Virus record (IMG/VR): IMGVR_UViG_3300029566_000004
Length of the DNA: 64,000 bases
Strand: one strand, 5' to 3'
Origin: a virus
Shown: piece by piece, positions 55,162 through 64,000 of the stretch
How positions within the stretch are numbered: the stretch's first letter is position 1
Layout: each line of letters begins with the position of its first letter
Made by a program: the position numbers and the translations under genes
Notes under the pieces: model-generated
What the model was told of the DNA's origin: nothing
Seen by the model: only the letters and a program-made list of their open reading frames with translations
Databases searched by the model: none

Positions 55162-55370
55162 TTAGAATACTCTCCTTTCTTTCAGCATGGTAATTATACC
55201 AAATTTTTCATAAAAAATCAACTCTTTTTTGCAATTATACTATATATAATTGCGGCCGGGCTAGAAAATATATCATATATTTTCTAGCGCAAAAATATAT
55301 TCCCGCCTGCGCAGACAACAGGCGGGAGCGGTTTTTCTTATCTTACAGAAGTAAGGTTTTTCTTTATGCC

Positions 55371-55727
55371 TTACTTAGCAAGAGAGAAATATGCCTTGCG
55401 CTTAACGACTTCACGCTTAACCGAGCCTTCTTCTACAAGCTGACGGACAAGAGCGGAGGCTTTCTGATTGGAAGCTCCATTGAGGGAAAGCACTGCACTC
55501 ATGATTTCAGTCACGGTGCGGGAAGTGCCATCTGCAAGGACAGCGAGAATTTCCGCTTTGGTGTTTTCGTTTGCGGTCTGGGTTGCGGTAGGCTTGCGAT
55601 CCGAAGCATTTTTCTTTTCGATTGAAGCCTTGAGCGCAAGCAGGGTCACGCGGGTGTCTTCATTCATTCCTTCAAGAGCAAGAGCATTAGTCAGAGCATC
55701 TGCATAAGTGAGGGGATTTTTTGCCAT
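55371..55727 (-). CDS. putative winged-helix DNA-binding protein
   Basis: MAKNPLTYADALTNAL...; paralog of 52249-52602. Confidence 0.6.
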   Translation of the reverse strand: MAKNPLTYADALTNALALEGMNEDTRVTLLALKASIEKKNASDRKPTATQTANENTKAEILAVLADGTSRTVTEIMSAVLSLNGASNQKASALVRQLVEEGSVKREVVKRKAYFSLAK

Positions 55728-56072
55728 AATGGTAGCCTTTCTCGTTTTAGAGGGTGTCGTTCCCTTGTTGTGATTATATTGTACCATAGGGAGCGGGATT
55801 TGTCAAGAGGTTTTGAAAATATATTTTCTTGACTTATTCCCCCATTCAAAAACCACGCAATGTAATGAGCGGAGTTGGTGTCGGGGGTACGTTCCCTTTC
55901 CTTTGGAACATCTGTATTATAACATATTGGGGGCGGGGTGTCAATAGACTTTTCACATTATAGATAATATATTTTCGCGCCCGGACGAATCTGTATATCA
56001 TATACTCTGACAAACATTAAAAAAGCGGAATGTGCAGTTCCGCTTAACCAGTAGAGGACATAAATTACATTT

Positions 56073-56234
56073 TACAGGTTAATCGCATAGATAAAGGGAT
56101 GAATGCCAGCAATGAGAGCCAAAACCGCACATATAGCAGCGGCACGATATTTGCAACACCATTCACACATAAGTCCGATAAGAAGTAAAATACCAATAGC
56201 AATAAGACAGATAGTAACAGAAATTGGGAACATA
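56073..56234 (-). CDS. 53-aa membrane micro-protein
   Basis: RBS AAGGAG 7 nt before ATG 56234; two hydrophobic helices; replaces the out-of-frame track ORF 56065-56280. Confidence 0.45.
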
Positions 56235-56511
56235 ATATTTTCTCCTTTTCTTTTTTTCTATTGGTATTATACCATATCAATAACAGCGTGTCAAGAGGTT
56301 TCGGGTAAATATATTGTATATAATGCGAGGCGGATTATAGATGAAAAAATTGTATATAATATATTATTTCGAAATTCCGGCCATGGCATTGGAAAACGGC
56401 CGGCGCAAAGCATTGTATATAATATATCTCTTGTTTAAATATACAAAAATAAGGAAACTACCCACAGCTTTATAGACGGTAGTTTCCTTATTTTTTATAA
56501 GAAATAGTTCT

Positions 56512-56751
56512 CTATTCCTGTTCGACTGTATAGAACCTATCTCTGTCATTATAGAACCTATCTATTTCATGCCAGCCTTTATCGGTCATTTCCCACAAGG
56601 TAACCATGACAGGATTGGAGCAGAATTGAACAGAATTGCATATATTCTGATAAGCATTGGCGCAGACTTCCATACCATTGTAATAAAGATCAATGGGATC
56701 ATTATAACTACCATTGACGTCAATCAAGATGCAAAATTCAGCAGTTTTCAT
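56512..56751 (-). CDS. hypothetical protein
   Basis: Trimmed to ATG 56751 (RBS AAGGAG). Confidence 0.5.
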   Translation of the reverse strand: MKTAEFCILIDVNGSYNDPIDLYYNGMEVCANAYQNICNSVQFCSNPVMVTLWEMTDKGWHEIDRFYNDRDRFYTVEQE

Positions 56752-56829
56752 TGTTTGATTCTCCTTTTCTTTTGGTATCATTATTGTACCATATAACAGA
56801 GCATATGTCAAGAGCTATTTGCGAATATA

Positions 56830-57024
56830 TTATTCGCTAAACATACGAGCTATATGTTCATATGCACGTGAGCATTCGCAATCACTGTCATAACACAAAA
56901 GTATATAGGTATAACCGTCAATAGAGTGTTTGAGATAAATCTTTATGTCCTTACTATTAACCCGTTGGATAAAGTCAATAAATTCAATAGGAATAATATA
57001 ATGTCCATGAATAACGGCTTTCAT
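56830..57024 (-). CDS. hypothetical protein
   Basis: 64-aa ORF with RBS AAAGGGGG. Confidence 0.5.
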   Translation of the reverse strand: MKAVIHGHYIIPIEFIDFIQRVNSKDIKIYLKHSIDGYTYILLCYDSDCECSRAYEHIARMFSE

Positions 57025-57157
57025 TAGAATGCCCCCTTTCTTTCAACATAGTAATTATACCAAATTTTTCATAAAAAATCAATACTTTTTGGGAAAATAG
57101 ATTATATATAAATTGAAAGCTAATTTGTAGAAAAAAATTCGTATATTATATATTATA

Positions 57158-57192
57158 TTAAAATACCGCTCGTGGCGTCAGTTCACGAGCGG
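57158..57192 (-). terminator. conserved terminator hairpin CCGCTCGTG-N9-CACGAGCGG
   Basis: 9-bp GC-rich stem then UAUUUUA in the minus sense. Family members at 57905, 58741, 59575, 60507 and 62054. Confidence 0.65.
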
Positions 57193-57250
57193 TTCAAGAC
57201 TTTATATATAAAATAATAAAAAGAAAGCCCCTTATCGGGGCAGGTTGCCC

Positions 57251-57736
57251 CTACCGGGGCAGTTTGGCAAGGGTGCTTTCATTACAAAGTGTAGCACGTT
57301 CCCACTTTATCTGATAGCCGATACCGTCAATGTAAATATCAGGATGTGTAAAAAATGGACGGTTGTCTTTGTGCCACGGTTGGTTGCATATATGAAAGAT
57401 ATGCCTTTCGAATACTTCGCCTTTGTTATAGTTATGTTCGGCTTTCGCTTTATTACAATCAGCTTTAAATTGCTCTTCGGTATATTCCGAAAGTTTGCGC
57501 GCACCATGATTGATAAGCATGAGCTTTTTGTCATATGTAGGCGCATAACGGAGAGAAAATCCATTATTACGGCTTGCTTTATCCAGCTTGCAGACCGCAT
57601 ATAAAAGGTCATAGTCCGCTTCTACAACGTACATTTCGCCATAGTAGGTAAAACCAAGCAGGAAGTGCGACGTAGCAGAATTTTTGCGATAAGCGGCAAA
57701 AAGGGTTTCGTAAATATTAGTGGTGTTAGTAGTCAT
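57251..57736 (-). CDS. hypothetical protein
   Basis: Trimmed to ATG 57736 (RBS GAGAGG). Confidence 0.55.
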   Translation of the reverse strand: MTTNTTNIYETLFAAYRKNSATSHFLLGFTYYGEMYVVEADYDLLYAVCKLDKASRNNGFSLRYAPTYDKKLMLINHGARKLSEYTEEQFKADCNKAKAEHNYNKGEVFERHIFHICNQPWHKDNRPFFTHPDIYIDGIGYQIKWERATLCNESTLAKLPR

Positions 57737-57980
57737 TATTGTGTACCTCTCTTTCTTTCGGTACACCTATTATACATCATGCGATCGCCAATGTCAAGCG
57801 TTTTTGCACGGAAAAAATAATATATTTTCGGGAAATTTAAAATAATATATTATATATTATTTTATATGAGAAAAAATTAGTATATTATATATTAAAGTAA
57901 AATACCGCTCGTGGCGTTAGTTCACGAGCGGACAGGCTCTCCCTTATGAGAGAGCCCTGCGCATGAGTAAATTATTATGA

Positions 57981-58178
57981 TTAGTCTTCCATTTCCATCT
58001 CATCAGTATCGAGCGCGGGATATTTTTCATGGGCTTCTACAGCGAGTCGGAGAATCGTGTCATAGATTGCGGTGTTTTCCATGCGTTCGCACTGCTTAGC
58101 GAACGTGATAACAATATGATGCTCAGAGCCGTAGATTTTAATCATCCTGTCCAGCAGATTTTTTCTTATAGTGTTCAT
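57981..58178 (-). CDS. small protein (paralog of 62689-62871)
   Basis: MNTIRKNLLDRMIKIYG...RLAVEAHEKYP. Confidence 0.55.
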   Translation of the reverse strand: MNTIRKNLLDRMIKIYGSEHHIVITFAKQCERMENTAIYDTILRLAVEAHEKYPALDTDEMEMED

Positions 58179-58274
58179 AGCTTTTACCTCTCTTTCCTTT
58201 CGGTGAATACATTATACCACATTAAAACAATGCTGTCAAGTGGTTTTTAAAATATATTTTTTGGGGGGGAGGGC

Positions 58275-58559
58275 TTACGCCCTCTCAACCAAACGTAAGA
58301 AAGATATTTTGACAGATTCCATATGGTCATCATCATCATACGCAACGAAAAAGGTGGACTTTTCGTCGTTTGCCAGTGATTCAAGAATATCTGACTTTAT
58401 GTAATCCGGATCGGCTGAATTATAATCGCCTATTTCATTTATAGCTTTTACTATAAATTCAATTGCAAGATCAAGATCTTCGGTTGCGATAGGATAAATA
58501 TCGCAGGAAGTTTCTACAAAGTAGATAAGACGGTTTGTAGTGATAGTTTTCATTTTCAT
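58275..58559 (-). CDS. hypothetical protein
   Basis: Trimmed to ATG 58559. Confidence 0.5.
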   Translation of the reverse strand: MKMKTITTNRLIYFVETSCDIYPIATEDLDLAIEFIVKAINEIGDYNSADPDYIKSDILESLANDEKSTFFVAYDDDDHMESVKISFLRLVERA

Positions 58560-58855
58560 AAGATAAATACCTCTCTTTTCTTTCGATGAATACATTATAC
58601 CACATAAAATTAAGGTTGTCAACAGGTTTTTTGCATTATACATAATATATTTTTGTGGACATTTCAGGATTTAAAAAGTATATTATATATTATGTACAAG
58701 CGAGGGAAAAAATTAGTATATTATATATTAAAGTAAAATACCGCTCGTGGCATCAGTTCACGAGCGGCTGAGCTCTCTCAGCCAAGAGAGCCCAGCGCAT
58801 AAGCGATACGGTTTGTCAGTCTTCGAAACAAGCCTTAAAAAGCTGTCCGATGAGG

Positions 58856-59200
58856 TCAAAAAGAAGGCTCTCCTTCCTCTTCAAAAGCAGGACACCAACG
58901 CTGATAACGGCACTCGGAGCAAACACGACAGTTATCACATTCAGTAATAATCTCTTTCTTGGTGGGTTTGGTATCTTCCATTTCCACTTTGTCAGTGTTA
59001 AGAATGGTGGCATCAATTTCTCCTGTGGTGTCCGATACAATATGACAGACAAACCAGCTAAGTTTAAGAGTTTTCAGAGGTGCGAGAAGTTCTTTGGCAT
59101 GCTCAATTGCATGTTCGAGATCGCAATAGCCGAGACTGTAATGAGCAACGTCGTCTATTACACAGAGGTAGCGGTCAGCGTGGGTAAGAGTGATATTCAT
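58856..59200 (-). CDS. hypothetical protein with a C-terminal CxxC pair
   Basis: 114-aa ORF with RBS AAGGAG. Confidence 0.55.
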   Translation of the reverse strand: MNITLTHADRYLCVIDDVAHYSLGYCDLEHAIEHAKELLAPLKTLKLSWFVCHIVSDTTGEIDATILNTDKVEMEDTKPTKKEIITECDNCRVCSECRYQRWCPAFEEEGEPSF

Positions 59201-59255
59201 TAGTTTGTATCTCCTTTATTTGATGAGTTTATTATAACAGATTTGAGCGCAATTG

Positions 59256-59414
59256 TCAAGCATTTTTTTTAATTCTTTTTAGCAAATGCCAAGAGCCAAT
59301 GCGAAAAACTACACGATAAATATTACGCCCAATGCAAACTTTTTCGCCCTGCCGGAATTTGTTATTTCGCATACTTCCAAAATCCCAGCCGCAATAGCCA
59401 AAAATTTCATTCAT
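59256..59414 (-). CDS. 52-aa protein
   Basis: Trimmed to ATG 59414 (RBS AAAGGAG). Confidence 0.45.
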   Translation of the reverse strand: MNEIFGYCGWDFGSMRNNKFRQGEKVCIGRNIYRVVFRIGSWHLLKRIKKNA

Positions 59415-59633
59415 TATATTCACTCCTTTCTTTTGGATTATAGTATAACACATAAGGCGCGATTTGTCAATAGTTTTTTTGAAATATATAATATATTATG
59501 GGAGATTAAAAGTGAGTATATTATATATTTTTTGTGTTGTAAAAATTTAGTATATTATATATTATTTCAAATTTGGCTCGTGAACTGGTGCTACGAGCCG
59601 TCAAAAGTAAAAGAGAGCTTGCAATTTTATTTT

Positions 59634-59999
59634 TTAATCTTCATTGAGTATCTCTTGAATTTCGTCATTGTCGAGACTGTCTCCCACCATCACCGCATAC
59701 CCCGCAATAGCGTTTACACATATCGGAGCATCGACAGCATAGCCCGCAGATTCCAAATTGTCATAGTCGTTCATCCAGAAAAAGCGGTCACGAGGGCTAA
59801 AATTGCTGCAAAATCCCATGCGTAAAATATCCGTTGGTGTCCGCCCTTCAAGTGCTTTGTCAAGGTTGTACTTGCTGTAAATGCATCTATTTTTGTTGCC
59901 TATTGCGCAGCAGTAGGTATTGTGCAGCGCAATCAATTCGTCGTCGCCAATACTGTTGATATAATCAACGATTTTTTGTTTCTTTTGCATTTCGTTCAT
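59634..59999 (-). CDS. hypothetical protein
   Basis: Trimmed to ATG 59999 behind the conserved leader 60008-60040. Confidence 0.55.
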   Translation of the reverse strand: MNEMQKKQKIVDYINSIGDDELIALHNTYCCAIGNKNRCIYSKYNLDKALEGRTPTDILRMGFCSNFSPRDRFFWMNDYDNLESAGYAVDAPICVNAIAGYAVMVGDSLDNDEIQEILNED

Positions 60000-60057
60000 T
60001 TTATTTTCCTCTCTCCCCGTATAGCCTGTTAGGACAGCTTGTTTTTTCATCCTTTTG

Positions 60058-60321
60058 TTATTTAAGTTTTACATATACACCATATTTCACATCGTTAATC
60101 TTCACGAGCTTGCAACTTTCTATAATGTAATCTTTTGAGCCTTCATCATAAAAAATTTCAGATTTACGATGATAAAAATTCACTTCACCGTTCGGAAATT
60201 TTACAAAAAGTACATCAACGTTAAAGGGTTCATAATCCTTGTAAATTTTTGCATATGTTGCGTTAAAATTCTGTTGCGTTTTAACTGTCGCATCCCAAAT
60301 TTCAAAAATTGTCATTTTCAT
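60058..60321 (-). CDS. hypothetical protein
   Basis: 87-aa ORF. Confidence 0.5.
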   Translation of the reverse strand: MKMTIFEIWDATVKTQQNFNATYAKIYKDYEPFNVDVLFVKFPNGEVNFYHRKSEIFYDEGSKDYIIESCKLVKINDVKYGVYVKLK

Positions 60322-60591
60322 TTACCTACCATTTCATTGATATTCGGTTCGGTGTCTCTTACCGTGATTATAGTATAACACATTTGGTTCGGCATTGCAA
60401 GTGTTTTTTGTGAAAAAAAATAATATATTTTCGGGAAATTTGGGGCAGTATATTATATACGATTTTGCGATTAAAAAAAATGGTATATTATATATTATTC
60501 CAAATACGGCTCGTGGCGCCAGTTCACGAGCCGTCAAAAGTAAAAGAGAGCTTAGCAAGCCCTCTTTAGATTTTTACTCCGTCAAAAAGTC

Positions 60592-60741
60592 TTAATAAAG
60601 TTTTTTGCCATTATGAAATCGTTCATATCTAGCTTCCAGAAAGTCCAGAATAAATTCGTAGTTATCCGCGTCTATGGGATCGGCGAATGTTTTTTCCAGA
60701 ACCTCGCCAGTATGATCATTATAAATTCGAATCGTCTCCAT
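60592..60741 (-). CDS. 49-aa protein
   Basis: Trimmed to ATG 60741 behind the conserved leader 60751-60782. Confidence 0.45.
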   Translation of the reverse strand: METIRIYNDHTGEVLEKTFADPIDADNYEFILDFLEARYERFHNGKKLY

Positions 60742-60793
60742 TTTGTCTGCCTTTCTCCCCATATAGCCTGTTAGGACAGCTTGAAAAATTTTA

Positions 60794-61021
60794 TTATTTC
60801 CAAAGGTAGTTTTCGTAGCAACCATATGTTGCAGTCACTCCCGACATTTTGCGATAGCGGTTACACTCCGGATTCCATTCATAAGGATATACAACCTTCG
60901 AACGCTTTGGAGTGCCTTTACACATCAAACCTTCTACAAGCTGTCCATTTTTAACGTAAAATCTCAAAGTGCCGTCTTTTGAATAATGCCAACCGTCAGC
61001 ATACGTTGTTCTTTTACTCAT
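60794..61021 (-). CDS. small protein (paralog of 62241-62411)
   Basis: Trimmed to ATG 61021 (RBS AAGGAGG). Confidence 0.5.
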   Translation of the reverse strand: MSKRTTYADGWHYSKDGTLRFYVKNGQLVEGLMCKGTPKRSKVVYPYEWNPECNRYRKMSGVTATYGCYENYLWK

Positions 61022-61420
61022 TGTCATTGTCCTCCTTGTTACTTCCTTTTGGATTGTCTTAATTATACCCCATTTGAACCGACATTGCAAGCGTTTTTAG
61101 GCGAAAGAAAAAATATATTTTTTTTATTAATCTATGTCATAATGTGCGATTCAACTTGACTGCTAACAATATATAATATATTATTTTTTTGCTCCAAGCT
61201 AAGCTGAAAATAATATATAATATTATAGCTTATTATACTATTTCCAGAATATATTATATATTTGGTATTTTACTTATTTTGGGAAAAATATATTATTTTT
61301 TATATTTTAACATGACTCTTGGATTTTTTTAGATAATATATTATATATAAAATTTCGGATATATTACATATTATATCGTATATCACGGTAATGTAATAAA
61401 AAAGGGCTTTCGCCCTTTTA

Positions 61421-61561
61421 TTAGTCTTCGTAAGTCTTAATCTCAACGTACCATTCGTTATTATTAATTGACGGATAACGCCTTTTTGCGTCTTCCCACG
61501 AATAGCCAAACACACAATCTGTCTTACCTGTAACTTTGTTTCTAATATAAAAACACCACAT
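61421..61561 (-). CDS. 46-aa protein
   Basis: Not in the track; ATG 61561 behind the conserved leader 61574-61606; MWCFYIRNKV... Confidence 0.4.
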   Translation of the reverse strand: MWCFYIRNKVTGKTDCVFGYSWEDAKRRYPSINNNEWYVEIKTYED

Positions 61562-61617
61562 TTTGCTTGTTTTCCTCTCTCCCCGTACAGCCTGTTAGGA
61601 CAGCTTGAAAAATTTTA

Positions 61618-61851
61618 TTATTTCGCTCTTTCTTCATTAACAGTTCGGATTCTAACTTCAAGATCAAACAAAAAGTCAGTGCCGAATGTTTCCGCAATCG
61701 AGAGAAGTTTTTTCCGCATCATAGTATATTGATTATCAGCGTTGATTCGGTTATTCAGTGGCAGTGTGCGATAATATGAGCTTTGTTCTTCCCAGCTCCC
61801 GATCATACGGTCAATGATGTTTTCCGCCTTAATATAGTCAAAGTTTTCCAT
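61618..61851 (-). CDS. small protein (paralog of 63679-63912)
   Basis: MENFDYIKAENIIDRMIGSW... Confidence 0.55.
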   Translation of the reverse strand: MENFDYIKAENIIDRMIGSWEEQSSYYRTLPLNNRINADNQYTMMRKKLLSIAETFGTDFLFDLEVRIRTVNEERAK

Positions 61852-62240
61852 AGTTTTACCTTTCGTACGTTTTACAGCCGCCGCTTGAATTGTGGTTGGT
61901 CTCCCTAACCACGAGTATAGTATAACACATTTGAACCGGCATTGCAAGTGTTTTTAGGCGAAAGAAAAAATATATTTTCGGGAAATTTGGGGTAGTATAT
62001 TATATACGATTTTGCGATTAAAAAAAATGGTATATTATATATTATTCCAAATACGGCTCGTGGCGCCAGTTCACGAGCCGCCGCAAACAATAATATATTA
62101 TAGCCAGTGTAAAATAATATATTATATATAATGCCCAAAAGTGAAAGAAATACGAACATATATTATATATAATTACATATGTAAAAAAGGGGCATCAGCC
62201 CCGCACCGGATAATATATTTTTTAGCCCGTTGAGGGCTTT

Positions 62241-62411
62241 TCAGCCCTCGATGAACATGAAGCGCACGGGGATTTTTTCAGCTTTGAGCTCTTTTTCTGC
62301 GGCGATCGCGCTGTCAAGTCCTCTGCCAGTGCGGAGTACGCACCTGTCTTTTGTCATTCTCCATTCGCCGCGATCAAAGTAGTAACGAATGTATGTGGTG
62401 GTGGTTTTCAT
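62241..62411 (-). CDS. small protein
   Basis: Trimmed to ATG 62411 (RBS GGGAGG). Confidence 0.5.
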   Translation of the reverse strand: MKTTTTYIRYYFDRGEWRMTKDRCVLRTGRGLDSAIAAEKELKAEKIPVRFMFIEG

Positions 62412-62688
62412 TGTTATTGTCCTCCCTTTTACTTCCTTTTGGATTGTCTTAATTATACCACCTTTTCCGAAAATTGCAATACCTTTTTTCATTATCTATT
62501 ATCTATAATTTCGGGACCCAAATAATATATTATATATTCTCACATAGCTCTTGGATTTTTTAGATAATATATAATATATAAAATTTCGGATATATTACAT
62601 ATTATATCGTATATCACGACAATGCAATATAAAAGGGCTTTCGCCCTTTTATTAGTCTTTGTAAGTCTTACCTTATTTCTTTCTTTTT

Positions 62689-62871
62689 TTAGTCAAGGTT
62701 CGGAAACTTTTCATGAGCTTCTACAGCGAGTCGGAGAATCGTGTTATTGATTTCAGTATCTTCCAAATGTTCACACAGCTCCGTAAAATGAATAACGGCA
62801 GGATGTTCAAATCCATAAATTCTGATCATGCGATCAATCAGATTTTTTCTCATAGTGCTCATAGTGTTCAT
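62689..62871 (-). CDS. small protein (paralog of 57981-58178)
   Basis: The promoter and leader are also duplicated (62870-62940 versus 58178-58250). Confidence 0.55.
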   Translation of the reverse strand: MNTMSTMRKNLIDRMIRIYGFEHPAVIHFTELCEHLEDTEINNTILRLAVEAHEKFPNLD

Positions 62872-63284
62872 AGCTTTTACCTCTCTTTCCTTTCGGTGAA
62901 TAAATTATACCACATTAAAACAATGCTGTCAAGTGTTTTTGTGTGAAAGAAAAAATATATTTTTTTAACTCGGCTTGAACACTAATAATATATAATATAT
63001 TATCTTTCCGCTCTAAACTAAGTTAGAAATAATATACAATATTATATATTACTGTTGCTTCAATAATATATTATATCTTTAGTGTGTTACTTGTTTTGGG
63101 AAAAATATATTATTTTTTATATTTTCACATGGCTCTTGGATTTTTTTAGATAATATATTATATATAATTTCGGGATATTAAAGAATTACGTTTTGAATAA
63201 CTGTTTCAAATTTTTCTAACCGACAAAGCGATTTTAAATAAAAAACCGACCGCAGCTCTCATTTGCGGTCGGCCAATTAAAACT

Positions 63285-63362
63285 ATATATAATATAACTT
63301 TATAAATTATATATAATATAACTTTATAAATTATATATAATATAACTTTATAAATTATATAT
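63285..63362. repeat. 24-bp tandem repeat, 3.2 copies
   Basis: ATATATAATATAACTTTATAAATT repeated perfectly at 63285, 63309 and 63333. Confidence 0.9.
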
Positions 63363-63446
63363 TATAGATAATTGTGTATATAAAAAAGAGAGCTCACGCT
63401 CTCAACAGTATCTAAGTCCTAATTAATGACTATTTGCTGACAGTTA

Positions 63447-63605
63447 TTACCAATTGTTTACGGCAATCGCCCATGCTCTTGTATATTCTACAACATAAAT
63501 TTCTTCAGTAATCTCTGTAAAACCTACGTTTATTAGTCTTTCTGCTTCTGCTATATTATCCGTACAAGTCAAACCGCCTGTTTTGTAATTGATGAAATAT
63601 TTCAT
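63447..63605 (-). CDS. 52-aa protein
   Basis: Not in the track; ATG 63605 behind the conserved leader 63634-63666. Confidence 0.4.
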   Translation of the reverse strand: MKYFINYKTGGLTCTDNIAEAERLINVGFTEITEEIYVVEYTRAWAIAVNNW

Positions 63606-63678
63606 TATACATACCTCATTTCTGTCTTTTTGTCATCTCTCCCCGTATAGCCTGTTAGGACAGCTTGAAAAACTTTTA

Positions 63679-63912
63679 TTATTTCGCTCTTTCTTCGTTA
63701 ACAGTTTTGATTCTTACTTCAAGATCTACCAAAAAATCAATTCCGTACGTTTCAGCAATTGAAATGAGTTTTTTACGCAACATAGTATAATGATTATCAG
63801 CGTTGATCCGGTTGCTCAACGATAGTTTGGCATAATATAAGTCTTGCTCACACCAGCTACCGATCATACGGTCAATGATATCTTCCGCCTTAATATAGTC
63901 AAAGTTTTCCAT
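63679..63912 (-). CDS. small protein (paralog of 61618-61851)
   Basis: MENFDYIKAEDIIDRMIGSW... Confidence 0.55.
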   Translation of the reverse strand: MENFDYIKAEDIIDRMIGSWCEQDLYYAKLSLSNRINADNHYTMLRKKLISIAETYGIDFLVDLEVRIKTVNEERAK

Positions 63913-64000
63913 AGTTTTACCTTTCGTACGTTTTACGGCCGCCGCCCGATTCGGTTCGGTTTCCCTTACCGTGACTATAGTATAACACATTTGAACCGGC

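Noticed and set aside
56065-56280. Track ORFs 56065-56280 and 61300-61515 as real genes
   Set aside because: There is no RBS, and they read through promoter or terminator elements. RBS-linked shorter ORFs in other frames (56073-56234 and 61421-61561) explain the space better.
57100-63400. Possible CRISPR array, suggested by regularly recurring hairpins and AT-rich repeats
   Set aside because: The repeats are separated by full gene cassettes of very different lengths rather than by 25-40-nt spacers. The 24-bp repeat at 63285-63362 is a pure tandem repeat with no spacers. No cas genes are present.
47302-63990. N-terminal extensions of many early ORFs in the track (MYNKYIKR..., MKKSIDKNIPIVYNKYIKRK..., MQCRFK..., MCYTIV...)
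   Set aside because: The extensions read through the conserved -10/leader block (TATAATAAGTACATCAAAAGAAAGG). An internal ATG with a well-spaced Shine-Dalgarno sequence follows in every case, so the starts were trimmed.

Overview
This is an AT-rich, gene-dense dsDNA phage (or phage-plasmid) segment. Strong AGGAGG-type ribosome-binding sites suggest a Firmicutes-like host (inference). All coordinates were read by eye and may be off by a few nt. Layout: (1) 91-6345, minus strand: RNA end-healing and sealing genes (phosphoesterases, P-loop kinase, RNA ligase), a DEDDh exonuclease and a sigma-70-family factor. (2) 6487-15367, plus strand: late block (tail fibres, glycosyltransferase, endolysin) that gives full-length proteins only if TAG is a sense codon. 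(3) 15435-20219: two vWA proteins, a PurA-like enzyme and a J-domain protein. (4) 20238-28935: about 30 minus-strand tRNA and tRNA-like genes. They include a CUA amber-suppressor, a tRNA-Leu(UAA) with a group-I-like intron carrying an HNH ORF, and a second tRNA interrupted by a PD-(D/E)XK ORF. They also include a tRNA-Gln(UUG) split in its anticodon by a complete tRNA-Trp-like gene, several non-canonical tRNA-like genes, and free-standing GIY-YIG and methyltransferase genes. (5) 29-42.8 kb: minus-strand genes behind a repeated TTGATT-N17-TA(T/A)AAT promoter, including a visibly more G+C-rich island of DUF551-like and zinc-ribbon paralogs. (6) 42.9-47.3 kb: a Rep-like gene flanked by iterons, a perfect 18-bp inverted repeat, a G-rich AATAGGGG array and about 1.2 kb of ORF-free tandem repeats. 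(7) 47.3-64 kb: about 35 tiny minus-strand gene cassettes, each with a perfect TTGACA-N17-TATAAT promoter, most of them preceded by a CCGG-centred AT-rich palindrome. The most unusual content is the RNA biology: TAG recoding, interrupted and nested tRNAs, tRNA mimics and a split RNA-repair toolkit.
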